Both the position numbers and the translations under genes were made by a program. From NCBI RefSeq assembly GCF_054482525.1, contig NZ_CM137006.1: 64,000 bases of DNA; one strand, 5' to 3'. Each line of letters begins with the position of its first letter. The stretch's first letter is position 1. The notes under the pieces are model-generated. The model ran no database searches. It worked only from the letters and a program-made list of their open reading frames with translations, and was not told where the DNA came from. Below, piece after piece: positions 40,783-50,647 of this stretch.

Positions 40783-41883
40783 CAATAAGACTATAATAAG
40801 ACTATTAATAAAACTATATTAGATTATTAATTAGATCATAATAATAATATTCTTTATATCTATATATATATGATCTTTTGCCTTCCGGCGTTAGCTTCAC
40901 TCTCTGGCAAGCAGCCTTACTCCGCTACCTTTCGGGCTACGTTGGCTGGCCCGTTCCGCTCACACCGAAAGCAAAGCGTTACTTTCTTCGTGTAACTTCG
41001 TTGGCGGTAACGCCCACGAAGGAATACTATTGCGCTGTGCGCAGTAAGAGTAATCACCTAACCAATCATCTGATTGCTTACGTGTTAACTCTCTCTAACT
41101 CTTAATTACCCTCCTACATTTAATAACTCTCGTTATTCTCTGTAGTTGTGTAATTACTCGAAGAGAGAGCGGCTAAAGCTCAATTACACTCTGCTTTCCT
41201 CGTGTAATTTCACTAAGCCTCAATACAATTTCACTTCCTACATTCTGTAGTCGTGTAATTGTTTTCGGTGGAAAAGCCAGAGGCGACACCGAAAGAGAAT
41301 TCTGATCTTATTAATCTTATCTATCTTAGTTATCTTACTTACTTTATCTACTTTATTATTAATAATAGCTTTATAAGCTCTCTGTGTAGCTCTCTGACGC
41401 AAGAAACAGAGTTCAGGAAGGGAATCACCTTAGAAAAGTGTTCTTTGCGTCATAATGTGTTTTATGAAGGATTCAGAGGTGTTTCATAACAGAGATGTAT
41501 AGAGGATACTTTAGGTAATTAAAAATAAGGGGTCTAAATGCTTCTCTAACAGCATTAAGCAGGGTAGAGAATGGAAACCGCTTTGCCTACATATATAAAC
41601 TCACTACAGGGCTTTACAGAGCGTTTTATAAAGTGACTCTCTGTTTTATATCTACCATCACCTTTTCATATACCTAACAAATACAAAATAAGCCCCTTAA
41701 ATAAGCCTCTGGCGAGCTAAACAGCCATTACATAAGAGAATGTATTGCTTTTATCAAAACCTCGTTAGAACGCGTTTTAGAGCGTTTTAGCGGATAATGA
41801 AGAATAGCACTACACAGGAGAGCACGAATTGCTAAGAAAAAATGTAACTACATGAAAAAGATCAGATTTTTTGTGAAAAGGTA

Positions 41884-41912
41884 TTGACAAACGTCTCTTT
41901 CTGTGCAATAAT
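41884..41912 (+). promoter_or_regulatory. Candidate sigma70 promoter for the downstream operon
   Basis: TTGACA, 17-bp spacer, then TGcAATAAT extended -10. Confidence 0.45.
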
Positions 41913-42038
41913 AGGTATTAGAGGGACAGGAATAGATTCTTATCCTCTAAATAATTAAACCAATGCACCGCACTTTGAAGCCCAAGGCTTGTAAGGTGTG
42001 TTTTTTCTTTTAACCAAATAGAATAAGGAGGCTAATTA

Positions 42039-42227
42039 ATGAAATATTTTACTCCACAGGATGTAGTAGAAGCCTGGAAACGTGGTGAGATCAACCGCTT
42101 TAAAGTAAGGATGTATAGAAACACCGCTCGCCGTTGTGGTTATCCAGAGCGTGAAAAATGTTTTGACGATGCACTAAAAATTATTGATGAACTGCGTAAA
42201 GCTGAGAAAGAAGCAGAGAAAAAATAA
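42039..42227 (+). CDS. Small hypothetical protein (62 aa)
   Basis: Strong SD aggagg; first gene of a tightly packed operon. Confidence 0.55.
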   Translation: MKYFTPQDVVEAWKRGEINRFKVRMYRNTARRCGYPEREKCFDDALKIIDELRKAEKEAEKK

Positions 42228-42249
42228 TAGACAAGAGAAGGAGAAAACT

Positions 42250-42417
42250 ATGAGCGAAACTAAGAAACCAATTCCGCGCACTTACCTACACGTTGACCCT
42301 GAAATCTTCAAGGTTTTATTTGCTGAAGCCAAGAAAAGGCAAATTATGGTCAGTGATTTGATGTTAGAAATCATTACTGAAGCAGCAGAGAACATCAAAC
42401 AAAAAAAGGGTAAGTGA
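42250..42417 (+). CDS. Putative ribbon-helix-helix DNA-binding protein (55 aa)
   Basis: SD aaggag; beta-strand RTYLHVDPEIF followed by two helices, typical of CopG/Arc-type RHH. Confidence 0.55.
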   Translation: MSETKKPIPRTYLHVDPEIFKVLFAEAKKRQIMVSDLMLEIITEAAENIKQKKGK

Positions 42418-42468
42418 TCCTCATTCACTTTAGTAGCGCATTAAGCGTGATTTATAAGGAGATTTTTA

Positions 42469-43158
42469 ATGATTAATCAACTAACTTTTACAAAACACTA
42501 TGACACGTTTGATAATGTATCAAAGATTTATTCTGATAAATTCCCTCAAGGAAAAGATTTAGATCTATTACATATTGTGCTTTATTTTCGATTCCTTAGT
42601 TATCAGGAAAACAACCTTAATTGTTATGAAAGTCACGAAACATTAGCTAAGATTTTTAAGTCTTCAGCGTCAACAATTAAACGTAAGATAAACGATCTTA
42701 AAGAGATGGGATTATTAGAAACATCCCCACATCCTGATCCGTATATTTCATCTTTGATTTACAATGCTCTCCCTCTCACAGATGCACATATTACTCCCCC
42801 AGGAGAATCATCACTCTCTGATCTTTCTGAGGCAGAAGAAGCACAGGAACAACCTAAAGGCCATAAACAGCCTTCTTTTGATGTTCTTGATGATTGGGAT
42901 ACGCCTTTACCCTGGGAGACGGAAGAAACACCTGTTTCATCAAGTGAAAAAGTAGCTAATGATAATGAGGAGGATGTGTTAGAGAATTTTGCCTCTCTTA
43001 TCATCCAGGAGAAACACACAAGAACAGGAGGAGCATCATTTATTGAGTTTGCAAATTCACTAGCTTGTAGATACGGGCTAAAACGACCAAATGGTATTGA
43101 GGCATATTTTTCTAAGAATTACCCAAATATATACGATGACTTTGATATTCCATTTTAA
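42469..43158 (+). CDS. HTH protein with acidic linker and SSB-like C-terminal tail (229 aa); possible replication or recruitment protein
   Basis: SD aaggag; HTH-like ETLAKIFKSSASTIKRKINDLKEMGLLE; acidic low-complexity middle; C-terminus YDDFDIPF resembles the E. coli SSB tip DFDDDIPF. Confidence 0.6.
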   Translation: MINQLTFTKHYDTFDNVSKIYSDKFPQGKDLDLLHIVLYFRFLSYQENNLNCYESHETLAKIFKSSASTIKRKINDLKEMGLLETSPHPDPYISSLIYNALPLTDAHITPPGESSLSDLSEAEEAQEQPKGHKQPSFDVLDDWDTPLPWETEETPVSSSEKVANDNEEDVLENFASLIIQEKHTRTGGASFIEFANSLACRYGLKRPNGIEAYFSKNYPNIYDDFDIPF

Positions 43159-43169
43159 TAAGGAGGGTT

Positions 43170-43415
43170 ATGATTCAATATTTAGTAAAAAATCAAGTAG
43201 ACAGAATTCAGTGTAATGACACAGGAAAACGCATCTACGAGACACTTGTTTACCTCTATAAAGGAAAGCCAACACCGCTAAAATATAGCGATGTGTTACA
43301 TCGAGCAGGTTGCTCTGAGTCAGGTTTAAAATTCTGGCTGAAACAGCTATCAAATTTCGGTGTTATTGAAATGAAAGAGCTGTCTTTTTCTACATTCAAC
43401 CTCAAGAAGTTATAG
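43170..43415 (+). CDS. Small winged-helix-like protein (81 aa)
   Basis: SD aaggagg; last gene of the operon. Confidence 0.5.
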   Translation: MIQYLVKNQVDRIQCNDTGKRIYETLVYLYKGKPTPLKYSDVLHRAGCSESGLKFWLKQLSNFGVIEMKELSFSTFNLKKL

Positions 43416-43580
43416 AAAATAGAATTCATCTATTCCACGCTCTAATTCTATTTCTCTGTTTAATATAAAAGGAAAACATTATTATGGTAATAGCTATGTG
43501 GTGGTTGTTGTTTTTTATGCTCGTAGAAACATATGCAAGTAAGTCTGGAAAACAAAAATAATATATTGATGATTTGTTTT

Positions 43581-43820
43581 TTATAACTTCGTGGTGTCAA
43601 GTCCAGCAGCTTTGAGTCGCTCGGTAAGATTTCTCATTTTGCTGAACTCTGTACCAAAGCTGGCTTTAAGTCCTACACCTTCACAAAACTCTTTTGCCGT
43701 AACCTTTTTCAGATGGTCAGCATATTTGATCATCTGGAGGTGCATTTCCATCGTTTGGCTATTTCGTGGTGCGCTGCTAATGGCTTGCTTAATGTTCTCG
43801 TAGATCTGGGTTTCTGTCAT
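43581..43820 (-). CDS. Small helical hypothetical protein (79 aa), convergent with the operon
   Basis: ORF only; low-GC context. Confidence 0.45.
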   Translation of the reverse strand: MTETQIYENIKQAISSAPRNSQTMEMHLQMIKYADHLKKVTAKEFCEGVGLKASFGTEFSKMRNLTERLKAAGLDTTKL

Positions 43821-44022
43821 TTTTTATCTCACCTATCAAATTTAGATAAATAATATAAATTAGCAAATTAAGATAATCAATAGTTTTTATCATCTGAATG
43901 ATAGATGTTAAATGTTTCTTTTTCATTTCTGATATGGGGTACAAAATGGGGTACACAGAGAAGAAGCAATTAATGGAGGCGAGCTTGCATCTGCAAGCCA
44001 CTTCCCCTAAGCTGGCACAAAA

Positions 44023-44166
44023 TATAGAGATTCAACCAAACGACTCGGGGTGCCCTTCTGCGTGAAGGCTGAGAAATACCCGTATCACCTGATCTGGATA
44101 ATGCCAGCGTAGGGAAGTCACGGACCACCAGGTCATTGCTTCTTCACGTTATGGCAGGAGCAAACT
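44023..44166 (+). promoter_or_regulatory. TPP riboswitch (thi-box) in the thiM leader
   Basis: Contains ctgagaaatacccgtatcacctgatctggataatgccagcgtagggaa immediately upstream of the thiM start codon. Confidence 0.9.
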
Positions 44167-44955
44167 ATGCAAGTCGACCTGCTGAGTTCCGCGCAATCTG
44201 CGCACGCGTTACACCTTTTTCACCAACATTCCCCTCTTGTGCACTGCATGACCAACGATGTGGTGCAAACCTTTACTGCCAATACCTTGCTGGCGCTCGG
44301 TGCATCGCCAGCGATGGTTATCGAAACCGAAGAGGCCAGTCAGTTTGCGGCTATCGCCAGTGCGTTGCTGATTAACGTTGGCACGCTGACGCAGCCACGC
44401 GCACAGGCGATGCGTGCCGCCGTTGAACAGGCAAAACGCTCTCAAACACCCTGGATGCTTGATCCAGTAGCGGTGGGTGCACTCGATTATCGCCGCCGTT
44501 TTTGTCTGGAACTTCTGTCTCATAAGCCAACCGCCATACGTGGTAATGCTTCGGAAATCATGGCATTAGCTGGCGTTGCTAATGGTGGACGGGGAGTGGA
44601 TACCACTGACGCCGCAGCTAACGCGATACCCGCTGCACAAACACTGGCACGGGAAACTGGCGCAATCGTCGTGGTCACTGGCGAGATGGATTATGTTACC
44701 GATGGACATCGTATCATTGGTATTCACGGTGGCGATCCGTTAATGACCAAAGTGGTAGGAACTGGCTGTGCATTATCGGCGGTTGTCGCTGCCTGTTGTG
44801 CGTTACCAGGCGATATGCTGGAAAATGTCGCATCTGCCTGTCACTGGATGAAACAAGCCGGAGAACGCGCAGTCGCCAGAAGCGAGGGGCCAGGCAGTTT
44901 TGTTCCACATTTCCTTGATGCGCTCTGGCAATTGACGCAGGAGGTGCAGGCATGA
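44167..44955 (+). CDS. thiM: Hydroxyethylthiazole kinase
   Basis: 262 aa; matches ThiM as I recall it. Confidence 0.92.
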   Translation: MQVDLLSSAQSAHALHLFHQHSPLVHCMTNDVVQTFTANTLLALGASPAMVIETEEASQFAAIASALLINVGTLTQPRAQAMRAAVEQAKRSQTPWMLDPVAVGALDYRRRFCLELLSHKPTAIRGNASEIMALAGVANGGRGVDTTDAAANAIPAAQTLARETGAIVVVTGEMDYVTDGHRIIGIHGGDPLMTKVVGTGCALSAVVAACCALPGDMLENVASACHWMKQAGERAVARSEGPGSFVPHFLDALWQLTQEVQA

Positions 44956-45752
44956 AACGAATTAACGCTCTGACGATTGCCGGTACTGATCCGAGTGGTG
45001 GTGCGGGGATTCAGGCCGATCTTAAAACCTTCTCGGCACTTGGCGCTTATGGTTGCTCAGTGATTACTGCACTGGTGGCGCAAAATACCCGTGGCGTACA
45101 GTCGGTGTATCGCATTGAGCCTGATTTTGTCGCCGCCCAGCTCGATTCGGTGTTCAGCGATGTGCGAATCGACACCACTAAAATCGGTATGTTGGCGGAA
45201 ACCGATATTGTTGAAGCGGTGGCAGAACGGTTGCAACGTTATCAGATCCAAAACGTGGTACTCGACACCGTTATGCTGGCAAAAAGCGGCGACCCGCTGC
45301 TTTCACCTTCGGCGGTTGCTACGCTGCGCAGTCGATTATTGCCACAGGTTTCATTAATAACGCCAAACTTGCCCGAAGCTGCTGCCTTGCTCGACGCGCC
45401 ACACGCGCGCACCGAACAGGAAATGCTGGAACAAGGGCGATCGCTGTTGGCGATGGGCTGTGGCGCAGTGCTAATGAAAGGTGGTCATCTGGATGATGAA
45501 CAAAGCCCGGACTGGCTGTTTACCCGCGAGGGTGAACAACGGTTTACGGCACCGCGCATTATGACCAAAAACACCCACGGCACTGGTTGTACACTCTCTG
45601 CGGCGTTGGCTGCACTACGCCCGCGCCATACAAACTGGGCAGACACCGTCCAGGAGGCAAAAAGCTGGCTTTCATCGGCGTTAGCCCAGGCCGACACGCT
45701 GGAAGTTGGTCACGGTATTGGTCCGGTTCACCACTTCCACGCCTGGTGGTGA
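44952..45752 (+). CDS. thiD: Hydroxymethylpyrimidine/phosphomethylpyrimidine kinase
   Basis: 266 aa; overlaps thiM stop; PfkB-type kinase. Confidence 0.92.
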   Translation: MKRINALTIAGTDPSGGAGIQADLKTFSALGAYGCSVITALVAQNTRGVQSVYRIEPDFVAAQLDSVFSDVRIDTTKIGMLAETDIVEAVAERLQRYQIQNVVLDTVMLAKSGDPLLSPSAVATLRSRLLPQVSLITPNLPEAAALLDAPHARTEQEMLEQGRSLLAMGCGAVLMKGGHLDDEQSPDWLFTREGEQRFTAPRIMTKNTHGTGCTLSAALAALRPRHTNWADTVQEAKSWLSSALAQADTLEVGHGIGPVHHFHAWW

Positions 45753-45807
45753 GCACCTTACTATAGCTGCTTTGGTTATTGTCAGCCTTTGGCGCTGACA
45801 TTCAGGG

Positions 45808-46635
45808 ATGAAACCAATGCAGCTGAAAATCACCAGTCGAAAAAAATTCACCGCTTTATTATGCTCTCTTGGGCTAATTTCCATCGTTGCAATTTATCCG
45901 CGTCAGACGGTGAATTTTTTCTATTCGACAGCAGTTCAGATTAAAGACTACATCCACTTCTACGGTTATCGCCCGGTTAAATCTTTCGCTATTCGCATTC
46001 CTGCCAGTTACACCATTCATGGTATTGATGTTTCACGCTGGCAGGAGCGAATCGACTGGCAGCGGGTGGCAAAAATGCGCGATAACGGTATTCGCTTGCA
46101 GTTTGCCTTTATCAAGGCGACGGAAGGCGAAAAGCTGGTGGACCCCTATTTTTCGCGTAACTGGCAACTAAGCCGCGAAAATGGCCTGCTGCGCGGGGCG
46201 TATCATTATTTTTCCCCGTCGGTATCCGCTTCAGTTCAGGCGAGATTATTTCTGCAAACGGTGGATTTCTCACAAGGCGATTTCCCTGCCGTGCTGGACG
46301 TAGAAGAACGGGGAAAATTATCGGCAAAAGAATTACGCAAGCGGGTAAGTCAGTGGCTAAAAATGGTCGAAAAAAGTACGGGGAAAAAGCCGATTATTTA
46401 CTCAGGAGCCGTTTTTTATCACACGAATCTGGCGGGCTATTTCAATGAATATCCGTGGTGGGTGGCTCACTACTATCAACGTCGTCCGGACAATGACGGA
46501 ATGGCCTGGCGCTTCTGGCAGCATTCCGACCGTGGACAGGTAGATGGCATCAATGGTCCGGTGGATTTTAATGTATTTAATGGCACGGTGGAGGAGTTGC
46601 AGGCATTCGTTGATGGGATTAAAGAAACGCCTTAA
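45808..46635 (+). CDS. yegX: GH25-family lysozyme-like protein YegX
   Basis: 275 aa; synteny. Confidence 0.8.
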   Translation: MKPMQLKITSRKKFTALLCSLGLISIVAIYPRQTVNFFYSTAVQIKDYIHFYGYRPVKSFAIRIPASYTIHGIDVSRWQERIDWQRVAKMRDNGIRLQFAFIKATEGEKLVDPYFSRNWQLSRENGLLRGAYHYFSPSVSASVQARLFLQTVDFSQGDFPAVLDVEERGKLSAKELRKRVSQWLKMVEKSTGKKPIIYSGAVFYHTNLAGYFNEYPWWVAHYYQRRPDNDGMAWRFWQHSDRGQVDGINGPVDFNVFNGTVEELQAFVDGIKETP

Positions 46636-46686
46636 ATAAGAAGCAGTGATATACTCCCACCAGACTCCCTGGCAGGAAAAAGACAA

Positions 46687-47433
46687 ATGGAACAAGCGCA
46701 TACCCAGCTGATTGCCCAACTGAACGAACGTATTTTAGCGGCGGATAACACGCCGCTTTATATTAAGTTTGCCGAAACGGTAAAAAATGCCGTGCGCAGC
46801 GGGGTGCTGGAGCATGGCAATATTTTGCCCGGTGAGCGTGATTTAAGTCAGTTAACCGGCGTTTCGCGCATTACGGTGCGCAAGGCGATGCAGGCGCTGG
46901 AAGAAGAGGGCGTGGTGACGCGTTCGCGTGGTTACGGTACGCAGATCAACAACATCTTCGAATACTCGTTGAAAGAAGCGCGAGGTTTTTCTCAGCAGGT
47001 GGTATTGCGCGGGAAAAAGCCCGATACACTATGGGTTAACAAGCGTGTCGTGAAATGTCCCGAAGAAGTCGCGCAGCAGCTAGCGGTCGAAGCAGGAAGT
47101 AATGTCTTTTTGCTTAAGCGTATTCGCTATGTCGATGAAGAAGCGGTATCAATTGAGGAATCGTGGGTTCCTGCGCATTTAATTCATGATGTTGATGCCA
47201 TCGGAATTTCTCTTTATGACTACTTCCGCAGCCAGCACATTTACCCACAACGTACGCGTTCCCGCGTTAGCGCCCGGATGCCGGATGCCGAGTTTCAGTC
47301 ACATATTCAGTTAGATAGCAAAATACCGGTGCTGGTGATCAAGCAAGTGGCGCTTGACCAACAGCAACGGCCTATTGAGTACAGCATCAGCCACTGTCGC
47401 AGCGATCTATACGTTTTTGTGTGCGAGGAGTAG
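46687..47433 (+). CDS. yegW: GntR-family transcriptional regulator
   Basis: N-terminal GntR-type HTH. Confidence 0.82.
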   Translation: MEQAHTQLIAQLNERILAADNTPLYIKFAETVKNAVRSGVLEHGNILPGERDLSQLTGVSRITVRKAMQALEEEGVVTRSRGYGTQINNIFEYSLKEARGFSQQVVLRGKKPDTLWVNKRVVKCPEEVAQQLAVEAGSNVFLLKRIRYVDEEAVSIEESWVPAHLIHDVDAIGISLYDYFRSQHIYPQRTRSRVSARMPDAEFQSHIQLDSKIPVLVIKQVALDQQQRPIEYSISHCRSDLYVFVCEE

Positions 47434-48372
47434 TTCCTCGCGCGTTGGCGCACAATCACCGCCCCGATGCCCGACAACCCACGACGCCACTGCATTGCCC
47501 AGTAATACGGCATCCGCCAGTGGCAGACCAGAGGCTAGCCCGGCAAGTACGCCACCTGCATGACTGTCGCCCGCCCCAATGGTGTCTACAACTTGCGTTG
47601 GAAATGCCGGAATGCAGCCAGAAGCGTCGTTGCTGAAATACCATGCGCCCTCTTTATCGAGACGAATGATCAACGGCGCGGCAAATTTCTCCTGCCATTG
47701 CTTGCCAAGTGTTGTTATCTCTGCGGATAAAGCAAAACGTTCGGCGGCAATCTCAGCCTCCTGACGATTGAGTGACACTAAAGGTCGACAGGTCATGATC
47801 CGCGCCAGCAATGCATCCGGGATATCGCCAATACGTGGGCCAAAATCGATAAACGGCGTCACGTCTTGCAGCTTTTCCAGCCATTCCACTAATAATTCGC
47901 CGCAGGGCGAGGCCAGTTGATAACCGGAAAAATAGAGCAGGCTGCCAGGCGCAACGGTTAATCGCGCCAGCCACTGGCGATTCCACTGATTTTCCACACC
48001 GCTGAATGACATAAAAGTGCGTTCGCCATCCGGCTCAACCAGCGCCAGACACCAGCCGTTATCACCTTCGGCGTTATCGATCAGGCTGATTAAGTCCTCT
48101 TTTGCCATCCGGTTGCGAATAATCTCCGCCCACACCCCCTGACCGAGCGGCAAGGCATTACCCGCTTCGATGCCGAGGCGCTTTAATGCCACGGCAATAT
48201 TCAGTGCACAGCCGCCAACGTTAACGCTCTGCTGTTTCAGTTCGATATCGCACCCACGCCAGGGGAGGGCATAAGCGTCGGCGATCACATCAATGACCGC
48301 CGCGCCGACGACCATCACCGGCTGACGCGTGGCTAATTCAGGCAGCAGCGTGTGTAATCGAGCGCCGCTCAT
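47407..48372 (-). CDS. yegV: PfkB-family sugar kinase
   Basis: 321 aa; GAGD motif near C-terminus. Confidence 0.82.
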   Translation of the reverse strand: MSGARLHTLLPELATRQPVMVVGAAVIDVIADAYALPWRGCDIELKQQSVNVGGCALNIAVALKRLGIEAGNALPLGQGVWAEIIRNRMAKEDLISLIDNAEGDNGWCLALVEPDGERTFMSFSGVENQWNRQWLARLTVAPGSLLYFSGYQLASPCGELLVEWLEKLQDVTPFIDFGPRIGDIPDALLARIMTCRPLVSLNRQEAEIAAERFALSAEITTLGKQWQEKFAAPLIIRLDKEGAWYFSNDASGCIPAFPTQVVDTIGAGDSHAGGVLAGLASGLPLADAVLLGNAVASWVVGHRGGDCAPTREELLLAHKNV

Positions 48373-49373
48373 ATCGCCTCCCGTTGTTGGCGATACTTCG
48401 CCAGCGCCGTGGCATAGCGGTTGAAATCAAGCTGATTTACTGCATCCAGTTCCGCCTTTAACGCAGGATCGATAGCGTTAACGCCATGCAACGCGCCACA
48501 AATTGCCGTCGCCATAGCACCGATGGTGTCTGTGTCGCCGCCAAGGTTAGCGCACAGGACGGCGCAACGGTTCGGGTCGGTTTGTGCCAGTTCAACCAGC
48601 GCAATGGCGCACGGAACGGACTCAATAGTGCTGGTACCTGCGCCAACGACCTGGTAAAGCTGTTCGCTGGCGGATTCGGTGCCGTCGGCATTGCGCACAA
48701 TTTTCAGCGCAATCTCCAGACGTGCTGCCAGTGAGGCGCTGAAGGTAGTGATGCGTTTTTGTTGAGCATGTCGCGCAATTGAAGGCAGTGAATCAACAAT
48801 TGCTGACCAGCTTTCTCCGTCAATGGCACGAGAAATCGCCCATGCGATGACTACCGCCCCCGCAACCGCCAGATCGGATTTATGTGTCGGGCTGGAGGCC
48901 AGCGCCACATCATCAATAAAGGAATCAACATCACGCGCCGGAAGCAAACAACCTAATGGCGAGACGCGCATCGCTGCGCCGTTGGTCACGCCGTTATTTT
49001 CCAGTTCAGCAACGGGTTTACCGTCGCGAATGGCGTTAAGCGCAATCTTCGAGGTCGGACCTAGTACGTTTTTGTTAAAGGCGTCGAAACGCAGCGCCCA
49101 GTCGAGAATATTACGCCCAATCAGATCCGGATCGATCTTGCCTTCACGTTCCAGTAACGCATCCGCCAGACACAGCGCCATCGAGGTATCGTCGGTGAAT
49201 TCGGCGCGGTTAAAATAACAGGCTGCGTTATTCTCCTTTGGCCCAGGCAGAAAACGGTCAATCCAGCCAAAGTGCGCTTTGACGCGACTGCGCGGCCAAA
49301 GCTCGGAGGGCATCCCCATCGCATCCCCTAACGCCTGCCCATAAAGAGCACCGAGAATACGTTCTGTTTTCAT
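48369..49373 (-). CDS. yegU: ADP-ribosylglycohydrolase-family protein
   Basis: 334 aa; overlaps yegV and yegT boundaries. Confidence 0.82.
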   Translation of the reverse strand: MKTERILGALYGQALGDAMGMPSELWPRSRVKAHFGWIDRFLPGPKENNAACYFNRAEFTDDTSMALCLADALLEREGKIDPDLIGRNILDWALRFDAFNKNVLGPTSKIALNAIRDGKPVAELENNGVTNGAAMRVSPLGCLLPARDVDSFIDDVALASSPTHKSDLAVAGAVVIAWAISRAIDGESWSAIVDSLPSIARHAQQKRITTFSASLAARLEIALKIVRNADGTESASEQLYQVVGAGTSTIESVPCAIALVELAQTDPNRCAVLCANLGGDTDTIGAMATAICGALHGVNAIDPALKAELDAVNQLDFNRYATALAKYRQQREAI

Positions 49374-50647
49374 TTAACTTCCCCTTGTGTCAACGCAATA
49401 TCGCGATCATCGACCTTGATAGCCGTAATTTCGTTGTCGGATTCGCGGAAAAAAATCATGAACAGCACGGCGATAATGGCAATCATCACCGCGCCAAAAG
49501 TCCACATCCCGGACCAGTTGAAAGTCAGTCCGTTTACCGGTTCCTGATAAGCGAACATCTTTTCCATCATCACACCGCCAAGACGATAGCCGAGCAAACT
49601 GCCGAAGCCCTGGCAGCAGAGCGTGATCAGCCCCTGCGCGGCGGTACGCATATGCACGGGGGCTTTTTTATCGACATAGATGTAAGCGGTAACGTAGTAA
49701 AAATCGTAACTTACGCCGTGAAGCAAAATGCCGAGGAACAGTAACGCGTAGGTGAAATATTCATCCGCACTACCGTAAATAAAGAAGCCATAGCGGATCG
49801 CAGCGGTGACCAGACCAAGTAATAATACCTTTTTGATACCAAAGCGTTTGGTAAAAAACGGCAATGCCAGCATAAAGAAGATTTCAGAGAACTGGCCGAG
49901 CGTCATCCAGCCAGTGGCGTTTTTCATGCCAACTTCGGTCAGATAACCGTTGGCAAAGATGTAATAGAACGCCAGTGGCATTGCAAACAGAAATGAACAG
50001 AAGAAAAAGACGAGGAAGTTTTTATCGCGCAGCAGGATCAGCGCATCCAGGCCGAGCATGACTTTAATGTCCATTTTGCCGGTGCTTTTTGGCGGCGTGT
50101 CGGGCAGGAAAAACGCAAACACACCGAGCAGAGCAGAACTTCCGGCGGTAATCAGCAGCGGGATGTTAGTCGGAGAGATATCGGCATAACCCAGCATTTG
50201 CGGCAAAAATCCACATGCCAGACCAGAGGCAATCCAGCCGATAGTGCCCATCACACGAATGCGTGGGAAATCACGCTCCACATCCGGCACGTTGGCAAAA
50301 GCGATACTGTTAGTCAGCGCAATGGTCGGCATATAGGTTAGCGAGTAGGCCAGCAGTAACGGGAAGAACCCGGCAAAAGTGGTCTGTTGCGCAGCGAAAT
50401 ACATCAGTACCGCGCCAGCGAACATCAATACCGCCAGCACTTTCTGCGCCGAGAAAAAGCGGTCAGTGATGGAGCCAACCAGAATTGGCGACAGGATCGC
50501 CGCAATGGCGGTACAGGCATACGACCAGCCAATTTCTCCGGCACTAAAACCACTTTTACTTAACCACAGCCACAATGGCACAAACCACGCGCCCCAGATA
50601 AACCATTCAACAAACATCATGAACGACAGCTTTGCTGTTGTTTTCAT
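49370..50647 (-). CDS. yegT: MFS-type nucleoside transporter
   Basis: 425 aa polytopic membrane protein. Confidence 0.82.
   Translation of the reverse strand: MKTTAKLSFMMFVEWFIWGAWFVPLWLWLSKSGFSAGEIGWSYACTAIAAILSPILVGSITDRFFSAQKVLAVLMFAGAVLMYFAAQQTTFAGFFPLLLAYSLTYMPTIALTNSIAFANVPDVERDFPRIRVMGTIGWIASGLACGFLPQMLGYADISPTNIPLLITAGSSALLGVFAFFLPDTPPKSTGKMDIKVMLGLDALILLRDKNFLVFFFCSFLFAMPLAFYYIFANGYLTEVGMKNATGWMTLGQFSEIFFMLALPFFTKRFGIKKVLLLGLVTAAIRYGFFIYGSADEYFTYALLFLGILLHGVSYDFYYVTAYIYVDKKAPVHMRTAAQGLITLCCQGFGSLLGYRLGGVMMEKMFAYQEPVNGLTFNWSGMWTFGAVMIAIIAVLFMIFFRESDNEITAIKVDDRDIALTQGEVK

Larger units (their letters stand above)
36143..44104. mobile_element. Integrative island (about 7.9 kb) inserted in the thiM leader, with integrase, cargo and a plasmid-like replication module
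   Basis: 82-bp direct repeats at both ends, tyrosine integrase beside the left repeat, low-GC interior, iterons; K-12 has rcnR directly next to thiM. Confidence 0.8.

Noticed and set aside
40878-41105. 75-aa ORF in the island's non-coding core
   Set aside because: No Shine-Dalgarno, low-complexity translation, and it overlaps a region with inverted repeats; more likely non-coding.
42184-42417. 77-aa ORF starting at 42184
   Set aside because: The upstream start overlaps the preceding gene without an RBS; an in-frame ATG at 42250 has a strong SD, so the shorter 55-aa product is preferred.
44000-44022. TGGCAC motif suggesting a sigma54 promoter upstream of the thiM riboswitch
   Set aside because: The downstream element does not match the TTGC part of the -12 consensus at the right spacing.
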